Shown here: positions 48,873-62,355 of the stretch, piece by piece | Position numbering within the stretch: the stretch's first letter is position 1 | How the letters are laid out: every line of letters begins with the position of its first letter | NCBI RefSeq assembly: GCF_018350175.1 | Contig: NC_058368.1 | Coordinates: forward strand, 235,044,001 to 235,108,000 | Source of the DNA: Felis catus | Taxonomy: Eukaryota | DNA length: 64,000 nucleotides | Direction of reading: 5' to 3' | Position numbers and translations under genes: made by a program | Notes under the pieces: model-generated | What the model was told of the DNA's origin: nothing | The model's input: only the letters and a program-made list of their open reading frames with translations | Database searches by the model: none

Positions 48873-49094
48873 GGGGCGCCTGGGTGGTGCAGTCGGTTAA
48901 GCGTCCGACTTCAGCCAGGTCACGATCTCGCGGTCCGTGAGTTCGAGCCCCGCGTCAGGCTCTGGGCTGATGGCTCGGAGCCTGGAGCCTGTTTCCGATT
49001 CTGTGTCTCCGTCTCTCTCTGCCCCTCCCCTGTTCATGCTCTGTCTCTCTCTGTCCCAAAAATAAATAAACGTTGAAAAAAAATTAAAAAAAAA
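48873..49094 (+). mobile_element. Can-SINE, young felid subfamily
   Basis: Diagnostic CGACTTCAGCCAGGTCACG and GGGCTGATGG; TSD ATAAATCATGAG. Confidence 0.96.
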
Positions 49095-51317
49095 ATAAAT
49101 CATGAGATATAGGGGTACAGATGATCTTTGCATGCTCCTTTGTTCTTAGCAAATTCAAATATTATTAAATACTTGAAAGGCAAAGTGTGAAATTTTAAGG
49201 GAAAAAACGGTAAAACATTTAAAACAAGGTTAAAAGTTAAGCACAGTTGGTGGAAATCTTCACTGTATCTCTTATTCTTTGTATGCGGGGGAACTCCAGA
49301 GAGTGTCTTTGATGGGTCCTAAGGCCCTTCTGTCTCCCCACAAGGCCGTCCGCGTGGGGGATGCGGTGGACCAGTAAGCAAGCCCCCCCCAGTGTCTGGC
49401 GGGTCTGGGAGCCGAAGAGACTCCATTGTTTTAGGTGTGAGAGACACACATGCATATTGGGCAGTAACATTTGGAGGAATGAATAAATCCTCATCGTTTG
49501 GTGTTTACTGCTTTCTGAAGGAAGCCTTGATCCCTGCAGTTGGAATTGCTTCATTAATAAAATCTAGCTATTAAAAACAACCTCTTTCGGTAGAAAGAGA
49601 TTACTCTTTATGTGAATCAATTGCTTTCTCTTCATGCTAAAAAGTCACCTTGGGAAAGAATGGAAGGGATTTTCGCAAGATGGGGGGAGGGGGGCGGACA
49701 GAAAGGCGGAGAACTAAACTCTTTCCGTTGCCGAGAAAGAACGCCCCCTAAGACTAGGGTTCCTGTGGTCAGTCCTGTCAGTCCATCAGGACACGCTGAT
49801 GCCCCTTCCACCGGCCACTGTGCCCTGACGTTGTGGGGACTGGATACATGGAGGGTCACTGCTAGGGGGGAGTTGACGGATGCCCCCTAGGCTGGCCACC
49901 TCCTTTTAAATCGTCCCAGGGGCTCCTGGGCATCATTGATGGGGATGCATGATGGATGGACAGCATGGCACGGCGATGCCTGCTGGGTCTTCGGGTCCCG
50001 TTAGGGCACGACTTGTGGGTCAGACTGGGGCTTCTCCACACACCCCGCAGGCCACCCCGATGAGAGGCAGGGACGCGGAACGTGTGGAACCACGTTCTCT
50101 GCCGCATCTCCCACCACAACCCAACCGTCCTCGTCTTTCTGTGGGAGTTCTCCCCCATCCCCACCCCCCACGCCCCACCAAGTCCAGTCAACTTCTGCCC
50201 GAGGACCCTCCCCACGCTCCGGCTGCCCAGTTCCGAGGCGCCCCGTTTGTCCTCGAGTGCCCCCCGCTGCCTCCTAACTGATCCTTCCGCCTCCAGACTC
50301 TCTCCAGACTCAGCGCAGCCTGGCTCTGTGCACAGCTCGCATTTTATTTTCTTCTAAAGCACTTCTAAACCGCTCCCAATTTACATCACAGTACACAGAG
50401 AGGGCCTGGGGATTGTGACGGGTTAACGCGACAGATGAAAATGCCCTACTCCCTGCAGAGGAAATTCAGTACAGGGAGTAAAGGAACATTAAAGTACTCT
50501 CCCCTCCCCCCCCCCCCAGTCTAAGATTCCAGGAGATGGAAAATACAACCTAAATGCCAGTGAACTGCACGTCGAGTTCTAGAAGGGTGACCGAGACCTG
50601 TATTGGGCTATTACTCACACGCTGCCTGTAAAGAAATACTTAGCACTGCTGTTGGCCGAACGCCGAGCTTGCAGGAGGGGGTTCTGCAACATTCTGAAAT
50701 GTTCCACGATGTCCAGAGTGATGCCACCCACACGCTCAGGGAGGGGCAGAGATAACCCTGGAACTGGGGGGAGGGGGGGCTCTCGGTGCTGCTAGTTCAT
50801 TGAGCGCCTACAAAGCTCTCCCTGCGGTCTTCAAGAAGGAACGGTGTGAACTCGTTGGACGATCCCTCGTCTTGATGACTCGGGCAGGTTTTCCTCGATG
50901 AAGGGGCACCGAGCCCAGGGCCCTTCTCTGTGCATTTACGGCTGATCTGGAAGGGAAAAGGCCAGAGGGTTGCTATGGAAACCACAACTGGTGGAGCAGA
51001 CAACACCTCTAATCTGGAGACGTGGATGAACCGGAGAACCGGAGAAAATGCCTCTTGGCAAATACGCACCGGCCGGCGTTTGGAGTCCTGGCCGGGACAC
51101 CCCTCACCTTTGTCCTCCAGCACTGTCTCTGCTACAGCCGCAATTTCCTCTTGCCTGAGTCCCTGCCTGACCAAGTGTCTGGCTGCCAGCAACCACCGTT
51201 GGCATCTCCCAGCCACATTCTTCCAAACCCTGCACAGTACTTAAAACCGAAAATCTTCCCAAGTACTCCGTCCCCCACTCCTCTCTGCAGAGCCTTGCAC
51301 CGACCACTTCCCTCTCA

Positions 51318-51530
51318 TTTTTTTAAAAAATTTTTCAACCTTTATTTATTTTTGAGAGACAGAACCAGAGTGCAAGCCGGGTAAGGTCAGAGAGAGAGGC
51401 AGACACCGAATCCGAAGCAGGCTCTGAGGTGTCAGCACAGAGCCCGACGTGGGGCTCAGACCCGCAAACCATGAGATCAAGACCTGAGCCGAAGCTGGAC
51501 GCTGAAGCGACTGAGCCACCCAGGCGCCCC
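51318..51530 (-). mobile_element. Can-SINE
   Basis: Reverse structure ending CCCAGGCGCCCC; flanks share GCAC(C/T)GACCACTTC. Confidence 0.92.
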
Positions 51531-52188
51531 GCACTGACCACTTCTCGAGCATCGCCCCTCTCGCCTGCATAACACCCCCCACTCCCCCGGGAGTACAGGT
51601 CTTCTTCATGCAACTCACCCACAATGCCTCGGGGCATCTGCACACAGGACCCCCTAACCTACGGCACCCCCAGGGCCGAGCCGCGGTTTCCTATTTTGTT
51701 TTTCTCTATACTCTTGGCTCCTCGCAGATTCCTGCCAGTGGGGTGTGGGAAGCCCGGAGGCACAGAACTGTGAGAAGCCCAGTGATCAGGCTAAAAACAG
51801 GCAGATGGGAGGGTTTGGCTCCACCGAGAGAAAGTGCTGGCATTCTGGTGTCGTAGGACAGGTAAGAGAAGGTAGAGCCTTTCCAGCAAGGTCGGCGCTT
51901 AGTATAAAACAGGGACCACACTGGGGTGTTACAGTTTCGTGCTTGATGACTGCAATGACCGTCCAGCAGGTGTCCTTCTCCCTCACCGGACTGAACTTGA
52001 GACAACAAAGACCTTAATCCTCCTTATCTTCAGGGCACAGGGTCTGGTGCACAGCACATGACCGACGATTGTTTTACTGACTCCTCTGGTGTGCTGTAGG
52101 CATTGTGATTTTATATAGTAAATTCAGCGAGACTCTATAATTGGTGCAGGGACTTGAATCCAAAGTCTTCTCCTAAAACTGAACTTTA

Positions 52189-52411
52189 TTTTTTTTTATT
52201 ATTTTTTTAATGTTTATTTATTTTTGAGACAGAGAGAGACAGAGCATGAACAGGGGAGGGGCAGAGAGAGAGGGAGACGCAGAATCTGAAACAGGCTCCA
52301 GGCTCTGAGCTGTCAGCCCAGAGCCCGAGGCGGGGCTCGAACTCACGGACCGCAAGATCGTGACCCCAGCCGAAGTCGGACGCTTAACCGACTGAGCCAC
52401 CCAGGCGCCCC
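52189..52411 (-). mobile_element. Can-SINE
   Basis: Full reverse structure; TSD CTAAAA(C/G)TGAACTTTA. Confidence 0.95.
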
Positions 52412-53512
52412 CTAAAAGTGAACTTTAAATGTGGAGGCGTGAATCATTCCCACTGCTCAGAGCCGCTCACGTATGACGTGAGACAGAGAAGGAGTCACCA
52501 CGACAAGACACAGGTGTTCCCCAGGTGCCGGGCCAGCAGATGCAGCTTCCACGGTGCCGTGCTGAGATTCCAAAACCTCCGAGGGGGGAGACCGGGGTAA
52601 AGACGGACGGCCCTGAGTCATTCGGCAGGTGTATCCTTCGTAGTGCGGGTATAATGGTAATGAGACGGAGCGTGCGCACAGCTAGCTTATTAGCATACAC
52701 TTTTATTCTAGTCAGGACTGGAACAATTAATCACACCAGCTCTATGCCAGACTTCCAATTTCCATGGTGCTATCTATTAATTTTAAATGAATGCTGTGGC
52801 CTTTGTGAACGCGCTTGTGGTGCTTCATAATAAGAAAATAAACATAAGTACATAATGTAAGAACATTCTTGACATCCTCTTTTTTTTTTTTTTTTTTTTA
52901 ATGATGCCAATGTGGAACTCTGGTTTTAGTGCGAGAGCCGAGCTGTAGCCGAGAGCCCTGTGTCCCTGTGTGAGATGGGCTCTGGGGGGAAGGCAGCCCA
53001 TGCCCAGCCGGCCGAGTTCTGGGATGTTGGGTCATCTAGTCTGACCCCCGGCCCCCTCCTTCATTCTGTTAGAGACAAGCACGAATGACTGTCCCCGACT
53101 GTGGGTTTTCTGTACGAAGGGGGGAGGGGTAACACATCAATCGGGCTTCTGGTACCAGCCGATGGCATACTCCAATGGGGAGGTTTGAGGAATGATTCTT
53201 CAAAGGACTATTTACCGAGCCGTGGGGGCAGGATGTAGGGCACGCCCAATGGGGTAGTGCTCTACACACTACAGAGAAGCAGATGGAAAAGGACTATGAG
53301 AAGAGCTGAGACCTTCACTGATGAGTCACAGACAGCCCGTGACAATCCTGTGGTCAAGATAAACACACTGACCTAACCCTGCTCCCTTCTCCCAGAGTGA
53401 CCCAGTTGTCTCAGTGGATGAAGATAAATTAAGGAAGCCCTAACTGACACAGCTCATACGGGTCAGGCTTCCAGGGCAAATGGCAGACATCCAGCAGGAC
53501 GATTTACACACA

Positions 53513-53668
53513 GGGGCGCCTGGGGGGGCTCAGTCGGTGAAGCGTCCGACTCCTGGTTTCAGCTCAGGTCATGATCTCAAGTTTTGTGAGTTCAAACCCC
53601 ATGTCGGGCTCTGCACTCATAGTACGGAGACTGCTGGGGATTCTCTTTCTCCCTCTCTCTCTCCCCCG
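53513..53668 (+). mobile_element. Can-SINE lacking its A tail
   Basis: GGGGCGCCTGGG head and body to the CT region; no AATAAA or A tail. Confidence 0.85.
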
Positions 53669-54444
53669 CTGTCACGTCTAAGATGTGTTATCACATCTCT
53701 TTAAAGAACATATAAGGGAATCAGCATGGAAAATCCCAAACCATATAATCAGGGAATAATGCATATTCCATTCTTGAATGCTTACTTTGAAGTTCCTGAG
53801 ATCAGAAATATACTGGTGTTTAATTGTGATAGAGCCTATTTTTTTTAACTACACTAAAAAGCTTTATAGACTATAAAATAAAAGAAATGCGACCTTATAA
53901 AGCAAAAGTCATCTAGGACAAGCATTGCCTCCATGAGTGCCTTCAAGGTGCCATAGTCTCTCACTTGAAGGTCTTTAAGAATCACAGAATCACCGAATGT
54001 ATTTAGAATCACAGAAATACCCAAGCTCCCTGTCCGGGGGCTGGTATCCTGATGTCCCTAATCTCTAGCTGGCCATTCCTTTCTACAGGTAAAGAACAAG
54101 AATAGTGGTGCGGGTGCCACGGTGGGGGCTGGGATAATGGATCGTTTTCAATGGGATGCGTTTATTTCAATAGGGCCCAGCTCTTATTTTAAATTACTAT
54201 CTACCAAAGTACAGCGAATACGCCTGTGTATCAGCCACGTGCCCACTGAAACGACAAAGTTATCTACAAGGTCTGACATTTATATCACCTTACTGCACGG
54301 TGCCTCCTGCCTGAGAGGAGGGAGGAAGAGACCATTCATGAAGGATTCGTTTGTCTCATCTGCATATGCAGATGCGTTGCCTATATTCAGGTAATAAATT
54401 GCCCCAATCTCCACAGCTTAAGACAACAACATTTTATTTTTCAT

Positions 54445-54712
54445 TTTTACATTTTCTTGGCTTTATTGAGGTACCATTGATACATAAAAATGTGCATAGC
54501 TTGAACACATACATCTTGACGACTCTGGAGATCTGCGAACACCATGATGCCATGACCACAACTAAGATGTGAAACGCGTCCGTCACTTCCAAACAATGGT
54601 CTTGTGTTCTTTGGTGTGTGTGCTTTTAATTTGGGAAGAACACTCAATGTGGGATTTAGCCTCTTCGCGTGTTTTAAAGTACATGATACCGTGTTAAGGC
54701 GACTGTGTACCA
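54445..54712 (-). mobile_element. LINE-1 extreme 3' end fragment (L1MB-like)
   Basis: GCTTTATTGAGGTACCATTGATACATAAAAA...TTTTAAAGTACATGATACCGTGTT. Confidence 0.65.
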
Positions 54713-55076
54713 TCCACAGTCTCTATGGGTCAGGAGTTGGAAGACAGCTCATGAACTTGGTCCTCTGCTGAGGGCCTCACAAGGGACAATACTCTGCCCA
54801 AGGATGACTTCTCATCTGGAGCTCAACTGGGGAAGGCTTCGCCTCCCTGCTCCCTGACGATGCTGGTGGACTTCATTTCTTGAAGCTGGAGGACTGAAGT
54901 CCTGGCCTCCCACTGGCTGTCAGAGGCCGCCCTCACCAACCTGCACCGTGGCCACTTCTGTCTTCAACCAGCACAGGAGAACTTCTCCAGAGGAGCCTGC
55001 TCAGACAGCCTTAGATAATGTCATGTGATCCCAGAAGTGACCTTTGCCATATCCGGCTGTTAAGAAGCAAGCTACA

Positions 55077-55300
55077 GGGGCGCCTGGGTGGCTCAGTCGG
55101 TTAAGCATCCCACTTCGGCTCAGGTCATGATCTCGCAGTTGTTGAGTTCGAACCCCGTGTCGGCTCTCTGCTGACAGCCAGGAACCTGGAGCCTGCTTTG
55201 GATTCTGTGTCTCCCTCTCTCTCTGTCCCTCCCTTGCTTGTGCTCTCTCTCTCTCTCTCTCTCAAAAATAATGAATAAGCATTAAAATTTTTTTTAAAAA
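55077..55300 (+). mobile_element. Can-SINE
   Basis: GGGGCGCCTGGGTGGCTCAGTCGG head, body, (CT)n, tail. Confidence 0.94.
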
Positions 55301-55601
55301 AATCAAGGCACAGGAACTTACTACTCAAGGGTGTACCTACCTTTCTTCGGAGGATGAGGGGCCTCCTTAAAAGTCTAGCTGCTTCTAAAAACCCTCCAGT
55401 ACAGACCCCCGTTAGGCAAATAACCACCACCCTCCTGCTCTGTGTGATTCATTTCCACACATTTTCCTGAAGGTAAGGAGTATTTGTACGAGGGGCTTTT
55501 GTGGGGAGCATGTTAATGTAACATGAACCCTGTAAGAGAGGCTGATATCACACATATACAGGCACACATGCATCCACACACACGCACATGCTAGCATGAA
55601 A

Positions 55602-55603
<2 letters not shown>

Positions 55604-55633
<30 letters not shown>
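55604..55633. repeat. (CA)n microsatellite
   Basis: About 15 CA units. Confidence 0.93.
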
Positions 55634-55636
<3 letters not shown>

Positions 55637-56982
55637 TCCCTGATTCTGTATATTATGACAAGGTGCTACGAATGTTATAGGTAGTTTTAATGTTGGAGGG
55701 GCCCCATTTGGACAGGAATGAGCCCATTCTCACACCCCAGCCATGCTCCGTCACTGGCTGGGAGCAGCTCAGGCCCCGGAAGGGCGGGGTCTGGGGCTGT
55801 CAGCCAGCCCTGCTTCCGGCAGCAGGTTCTTGAAGGTCTGCGGGTGGCCCCCTATGGCCGTTAGTGGGGGACAGAGCCCGAACTCAAAGGCCACATCTCC
55901 GATTGCAGACAAACAGGGTTATTGCTCTACACAAACTATTCCTTTAGACATTCCACTAGAATATTGAAAACACACTTCGATTTTCAAAGATTTAACTAGG
56001 CAAGTGTTTAAGGCTTTGATTTATGAAATTGACATCGTACCTCCCTTTTATTTTCAAACTTCCCAGAACTGAGACCCTCAGGGAGGGAGAGGTCGTTACT
56101 TTGTTTCCAAGGCTACAGGACCATTTCACCCGGAAGCCCGACAAGACTTCCAGGGGAAATAAAAGCATGGGGAAACAGAATGAGAGAGATCTATACACGT
56201 ATACATGATGGATGATATGTATATATGCTCACTTTATACATACGTATACCCACATGTCTCTATATATGTGCATACATGTATTTTGGATTTTTTTAAATTT
56301 TAGATTAGAAGCAAGAGGAATGGAATAAAACAGCCACAAATGCCCCCAAATTGCCCTTCTACGGATACCCGCTTCATAGATAGAACAGCCTACAATGAGT
56401 TCTTCTTTCATCTAGAGGAATAATGGCAAAAATCATGTACAAAAGCACAATGCTAAAGGCAAGCCATAATCATTTGCAACTGAAAATTTTTAGCTAAAAA
56501 AGCCACCACCTGAATCTTCCATTTTCTCAAAAGCAGTTGAGTGTTCTGCTTGGAGCAGCCAGCGGGCACGGTCCCACGTAACCCTCACAACGACTGTGAG
56601 CAGCAGGTGCCGTTAATGTCCTCATGCCAGGAGTTAGGACTCAAGGCTCACACAGATGATGCCAACTTCCCCCCTCCTATTTTAATCCAATTTCTTTGCA
56701 AGTACATAAGCTAATAAAAACAAGGGTTTTGCAGCATAGAGACTGGATAGAAGGATCTAAAATGCTGACACTTTTTCAGGCAGTATTCCAAAATCAAATT
56801 TGGAAACAACCCGAGAGAGGCTGAACCGAACGCTACGGGTGATTGGCTGCATGCACCGTCTTCTGCCTTCCACTTGAGTTACGGAGGGATCCTTGCACAC
56901 CCGAGCAGGACGCAGCAACAGATCAGGGCTCAGCATGGTTAGTTGTGCAATGCTTTTTGCTCGTTTAAGAACCACTGGGGGA

Positions 56983-57218
56983 GGGGCACCTGGGTGGCTC
57001 AGTTGGTTGAGCGTCTGACAAGGCTCAGGTCATGATCTTGTGGTTCGTGGGCTCAAGCCCTGCATCAGGCTCTGTGCTGACAGCTCAGAGCTCGGAGCCT
57101 GCTTCAGATTCTGGGTCTCCCTCTCTGGCTGCCCCTCCCCCAGTCATTCCCTCTCTCTCTCTCTCTCTGTCAAAATAAATAAACACTAAACAAACAAACA
57201 AACAAACAAACAAAAAAC
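56983..57218 (+). mobile_element. Can-SINE with (AAAC)n tail
   Basis: Full structure; TSD AAC(C/T)ACTGGGGGA. Confidence 0.94.
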
Positions 57219-57848
57219 AACTACTGGGGGAAAAGTAAGCCATTAGTACCAACATGGACTCAGCCTGCTTCTTTCGGGAACCATATACACTTAGATGGAG
57301 GGATCACCATGGGAAGAACTTTCTCTCACACGGTGTCCATGCAGCACCCTATGCCAGAAGCAGAAAGCGCAGCCTGGTGCAGCCTTGCCAGTCAGATGGC
57401 AAGTCAGACCGAACCCAACCCCACTGGTGGAGCTCACATCACACACGAATGCCCGCTGTGCTGTTACTTCAGCTCTGTGCAGGCAGAACGCGGAACCTGG
57501 TCCTGGGACACATCACGGGAGCTGCGCTTCGAATTGGTTTCTACTATGCTAAGTCTGGTGGACATCAAGGGGGTCAGCATGATGGGGTGAGAACAACAGG
57601 ACCATATGGCTCCACGTCATTAATACCTGACTCACTTCTTCCAGATGCCAGTTTAAGGCAGCATCCTGATCATCTCCAAATGATAAACAAAACCCAAAGT
57701 GCCAAGTGCCAGAGGCGTGATGCTGGTTTACGCTGTTTTAAACCCCAAAGACCCTTGGCTCCTCCTTTCTGGAGTGGGATAAGCCACGGTTAATGGAAGC
57801 AGGCTCTGAATCCAGATGCTGATCTTCAATCTAAAGATTCTAAGTCTG

Positions 57849-57945
57849 GGGGCGCCTGGGTGGCTCCGTCGGTTGAGCGTCCGGCTTCGGCTCAGGTCAT
57901 GATCTCGCGGTTTGTGAGTTCGAGCCCCAAGTCAGGCTGTGTGCT
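57849..57945 (+). mobile_element. Can-SINE 5' half only, fused to an L1 3' end
   Basis: Head and tRNA-like part end abruptly at GGCTGTGTGCT, with no CT region, tail or second TSD. Confidence 0.9.
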
Positions 57946-60900
57946 AGAGATGTAATTGACACGTGACGTTGTGTAAGTTTAAGGTGTACAACGTAATGAT
58001 TTGATACATGTGTTGTGGTGATCACCACAATAAGGTGAGTTAACACATCATCCCATCTGACGTAACGTTATTTCTATCTCCTGACATAAGGATCCTTATT
58101 TTTTGCGTGTGTCATAAGAACATTTAAGATCTACACTCTTAGCAAATTGCAAGTACACAATACGGTATTATTAACAACGGTCACCAGGCTGTGTATTCGA
58201 TCCCCAAAACTTACATAAGTAGACATTTGTACCTTTGGATTAACATCTTCTCATTCGCCCCACCTCCTACCCCCAGCCCCCAGCAACCACCAATCTGCTC
58301 TCTGTTTCTATGGGTTCAGCTTTTATATATCCCACGTATAAGCAAGATCGTATGATATTTGTCTTTCTCTGTGTGACTTATTTCACTTAACATAATGTCT
58401 TCAAGTTTCATCCATCTTATCACAAACGACAGGATTTCCTTCTTTTTTTATGGCTGAGTAACTTTCCATTGTATTTATAGAATCCATTTTCTTTATCCAT
58501 TCATCCATCAATGGACACTGAGGTTGTTTTCAAGTCTTGTTTGTGAATGAACATGGGGGTGCGTATATCTCTTTGAAACAGTGATTTCACTTCCTTTGGC
58601 TATAGATACAGCAGTGGGTTGCTAGATCACATGGGAGTTCTGTTTTTAATTTTTTGAGGAAGCTCCATATTCTTTTCCATAGTGGCTACACCAGTTTGCA
58701 TTCCCACCAACAGTGCACAAGGCGTCCCCTTTTTCCGTATCTTCACCAATACCTGTTATCACTTATCTTTTTGATAAGAGGTGTGTGTGAAGTGACATCT
58801 CACAGGTGTGAAGTGATGTCTCCTTATTGTTTTGATTCTCATTTTCCTGAAGATTAGTGGTGTTAAGCACCCTTAGATATACCCGTTGGCCAGTTCTGTG
58901 CCCTCTTTAGAAAGCTTTCTGTTCAGGTTGCTCATCTATTTTGTAACTGGATTCTTTGCTCTTTTTTTGCTGTTGAGTTATAGGAGTTACTTCTATATTT
59001 TGGATGTTAACCTCTTATCAGATATACGGCTTGCAGATATCTTCTCCCGTTCCATAGGCTGCTTTTTCATTGTGTTGACTGTTTCGTTTGCTGTGCAGAA
59101 GCTTTTTAATTTTATGCAGTCCACTTGTTTTTGTTTGTGCTTTGGGATTCATGTCCAAAAAGTCATTGCTAAGACCAATGTCAAGGAATTTTCTCCATAT
59201 GTTTTCATCTAGGCGTTTTAAGGTTTCGGGTATTATATTTATCTTTACTCCATTTCAAGTAAATTCTTGTGAGTCATGTAAGATAATGGCCCAATTTCCT
59301 TTTTTGTAACATGAGACTATCCAGTTTTCTCAACATCATTTATTGAAGAGACTATTTTCCCCCCATTAAGTATTCTTGGTTTTCTAGTCAGATATTATTC
59401 GACCATTTACGTGTGGGCTTATTTCTGCTCTCACTTCTGTTCCTTTCTTCTATGTATCTGTTTTTGTGCCAGCACCATAGTGTTTTGCTTACTATAGCTT
59501 TGTAATGTAGTTGAAATTGGGGAGCATGATGTTTTCAACTTTGTCCTTCTTTCTCAGTCCTGTTTTGTTACTTAGTGTCTTTTGGTGTTCATATGAATCT
59601 TATGATTGTTTGTTCTATTTCTGTGAAAAATGCCGTTGGAATTTTGGTTGGGTTTGCATTGAATTCATCAATGGCTTTGAGTAGTAGGAGCATATTAACA
59701 ATGTTAATACTTCCAATCCATGAACATGGGATGTCTTTCCATTTATTTGTGTCTTCTTCCATTTCTGTCATCAGTGTCTTATAGTTTTCAATGTACAGAT
59801 CTTTCGCCACTTTGGTAAAATTTACTCCTATGTAATCCAGTTTTTTCAATAGTATCATAAATGGATTTTTTTATTTCTTTCTCAGATAGTTTGTTATTAG
59901 TGTATAGAAACACATTGATTTTTGTATGCTGCTTTTACATATATCCTGAAATTTACTGAATTGTATATCAGTTCTAACAGTTTTGTTAGTGGAATCTTGA
60001 GCATTTTCTCTGCATAAGATTGTGTCATCTGCAAACAGAGACCACTTTACTTCTTCTTTTCTGATTTAGATGCTTTTATTTCTTTTTCTTGTCTAATTGC
60101 TCTGGCTAGGATGTCCAGTACTTTCTTGAGGAAAAGGGATAAGAGCAGATACGCTTTCTTGTTCCTGATCTTAGAAGAAAGGCTTTCCAACTTTCATTGT
60201 TGAGTTTGATGTTATATATGGCCTTTATTCTTTTGATGTATGTTCCTTCTGTCTCCTATGTGTTAAGAGTTTTTGTCATAAATCATGCCAAATTTTGTCA
60301 GATGCTTTTTCTTCATCTATAGAAATGGTCATGCGGTTCTTTCATTTTGTTAATATAGTGCATCACATGTATTGATGTGCATACATCGAACCATGCTTGC
60401 ATCCTAGGGATAAATCTCACTTGATCATAGTGTACGATTCTTGTAATATGCTACAGAATTTCGTTCACTATATATTTTTGTTGAGAACTTTTGCATCTAT
60501 ATCTGGCATGTGTTTTTGTTTATTTGTCTTTGTAATGTCCTTCACTGGTTTGGCATCGAGAGAGTCTCCATTTCCTTGGGGTCTCTTACTGGAAAGTTAT
60601 TGTGTTCCTTTTGTGCTGTCACATTTCCTTGATTTTTCATGTTGTGGGAAGTCTTACATTGCAGTCTTCACATCTGAAGAAGTAGCCACCTCCTCCAGTC
60701 TTTCCTGACTGGCTCAAGAGGGAAATACCTTCTGTGAGCTCTGCTGGGGATTCTGAGGCTTTCTCATCTTCTTTCTGTGGCTGTATCTGCTCCCCTCTTC
60801 TCTTTTCCTCTTGGCTTGGGGGAGGATTTCTTAAGATTGTATGCTTTCTCTCAATCCTACAAAGCCAGGCTGGCTGCTGACAACTTCCCATTTGCTTTCC

Positions 60901-61549
60901 CTGGGATGGTGCTAAATGGTTAACTCTATGTGTTTTCTACCAATCCCACCAAGTCAGAGTGCTCTTGTGCAAAACTCACTATCACCATCATCGGGGTACA
61001 TCCATGGAATGGAGGTATGTGTGGGTGAGGCACGCAGAGTAATCAGGGGAATTTGCATTGAGCCAACCCAGCAGCTCATGCTCAGCCTTCCTGATGGAAC
61101 CCACAAAACGATTAGTAGGATCAACGTCCCTTTGATGTCCTCCAGGAGCCTAAGCTACTCCGCATGACTCAGTCGCACAGCACAGCCCAGTAATCTGGAT
61201 GGCGCAGAGCTCCACACAGGTACTCACTCACACATTCATTTTCCACCAGAAGACAAATCATGAGCTGAGAAAGCTCTGTTGGCACTGAGCTGTGCTGCCT
61301 TGGAGGGAAGCAGTGATGTGGATGAAATGAAAATATTCTTCTTACCCTCTTCAATGTGTCCAGTTGGGGTTTTTCTGTTTTGTTTCGGGGTCTTCTTTGG
61401 GGGGGGGGGTTGTGTGTGTTTTTTTCCTCCAATGTAAGGGTGGAACATCTCTGCTGGAACTTCCACAAAATCACTCCCATCCATTGTGATGGTCAAGATC
61501 AGTGTTCTTTATGGGGAAGACCATAGAAAACTGCTATTGCACCATTTTG
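57946..61549 (-). mobile_element. Internally deleted LINE-1 (L1MA9/L1M2-like): 5' UTR and ORF1 start joined to ORF2 RT region and 3' UTR
   Basis: ORF2 peptide KDLYIENYKTLM..EEDTNKWKDIPCSWIG (59589-59858); IDAKVLNK near 60480-60500; ORF1 start MKNQGNVTAQKEHNNFPVRDPKEME at about 60565-60640; 5'-end-like GCACCATTTTG near 61545. Confidence 0.85.
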
Positions 61550-62355
61550 AGGACACTGGTCTTGAAGAAATCAGAAGTATTCTTTATCACGACTGGGAAC
61601 CCAAGAGCCAAGCCAATCTCACTAATCAGCCAGTCAAAGGAGAACAAAAAGAACCATAACAAAAGAAGCTACAGGTGCATAAAGTGATCTAAAAAGATTT
61701 TAACGGTAATAATCAGCCAAGAAAAGCATGGGTTTTTACAGGCATCACCAGCCTTTAGTTGTTAGGAGGAGGAAGATCTCAAAAGTAGGAACAGGGCTGA
61801 AGAGAAAGATCAAGAAGGAAACAACAACCTAACGTCTGATACTGAAGGTGGGACAGGATGTTACAGGTCCTCTCAATTCTAATAACATCAGATTATATGC
61901 ATGTCTTGTAAAATAATCAGTGAACGGTGTCTGAAAAAGAACACTGGGGTCGCAAGGTCTGCTGACCTGTGGGGTCAGACTCAGCTTCCAGAAAAGCCTC
62001 TTTCCCTCCCACTCCCCACACCCAGATCCACCCCTGGGTCCTGAGGATGAGACGGGTGCATTCCTTGCCTCCCGAGCCTCTGTCACCAGGGTCCATGGTG
62101 CATGAAACCATTTGTGTTTTATTTTAAGTCAAAGTATATTGTCATCTGCAGGAATTGTTTGCATAGCACATACTCTTAACATCATCTAAAATGATTAGTG
62201 AACACTTACTTTACTATAACTCTTAAGTATTGCCACCACCATTCTTCCTAAAAAGGTGAGGTGAACTGGTAACCAGTGTGAATTTTGTCTGTCTACGGGT
62301 TTTTGCTACCCTTACCTTCCGTGAACAACATAGGCTTTCCTACGATTAAGTTACA

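Larger units (their letters stand above)
54378..55340 (-). mobile_element. MaLR LTR (MLT1-like), interrupted by an L1 fragment and a SINE
   Basis: AATAAATTGCCCCAATCT..CAGCTTAAGACAACAACATTTTATT, resuming at CACAGTCTCTATGGGTCAGGAGT...GCTCAACTGGGGAAGG. Confidence 0.6.
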
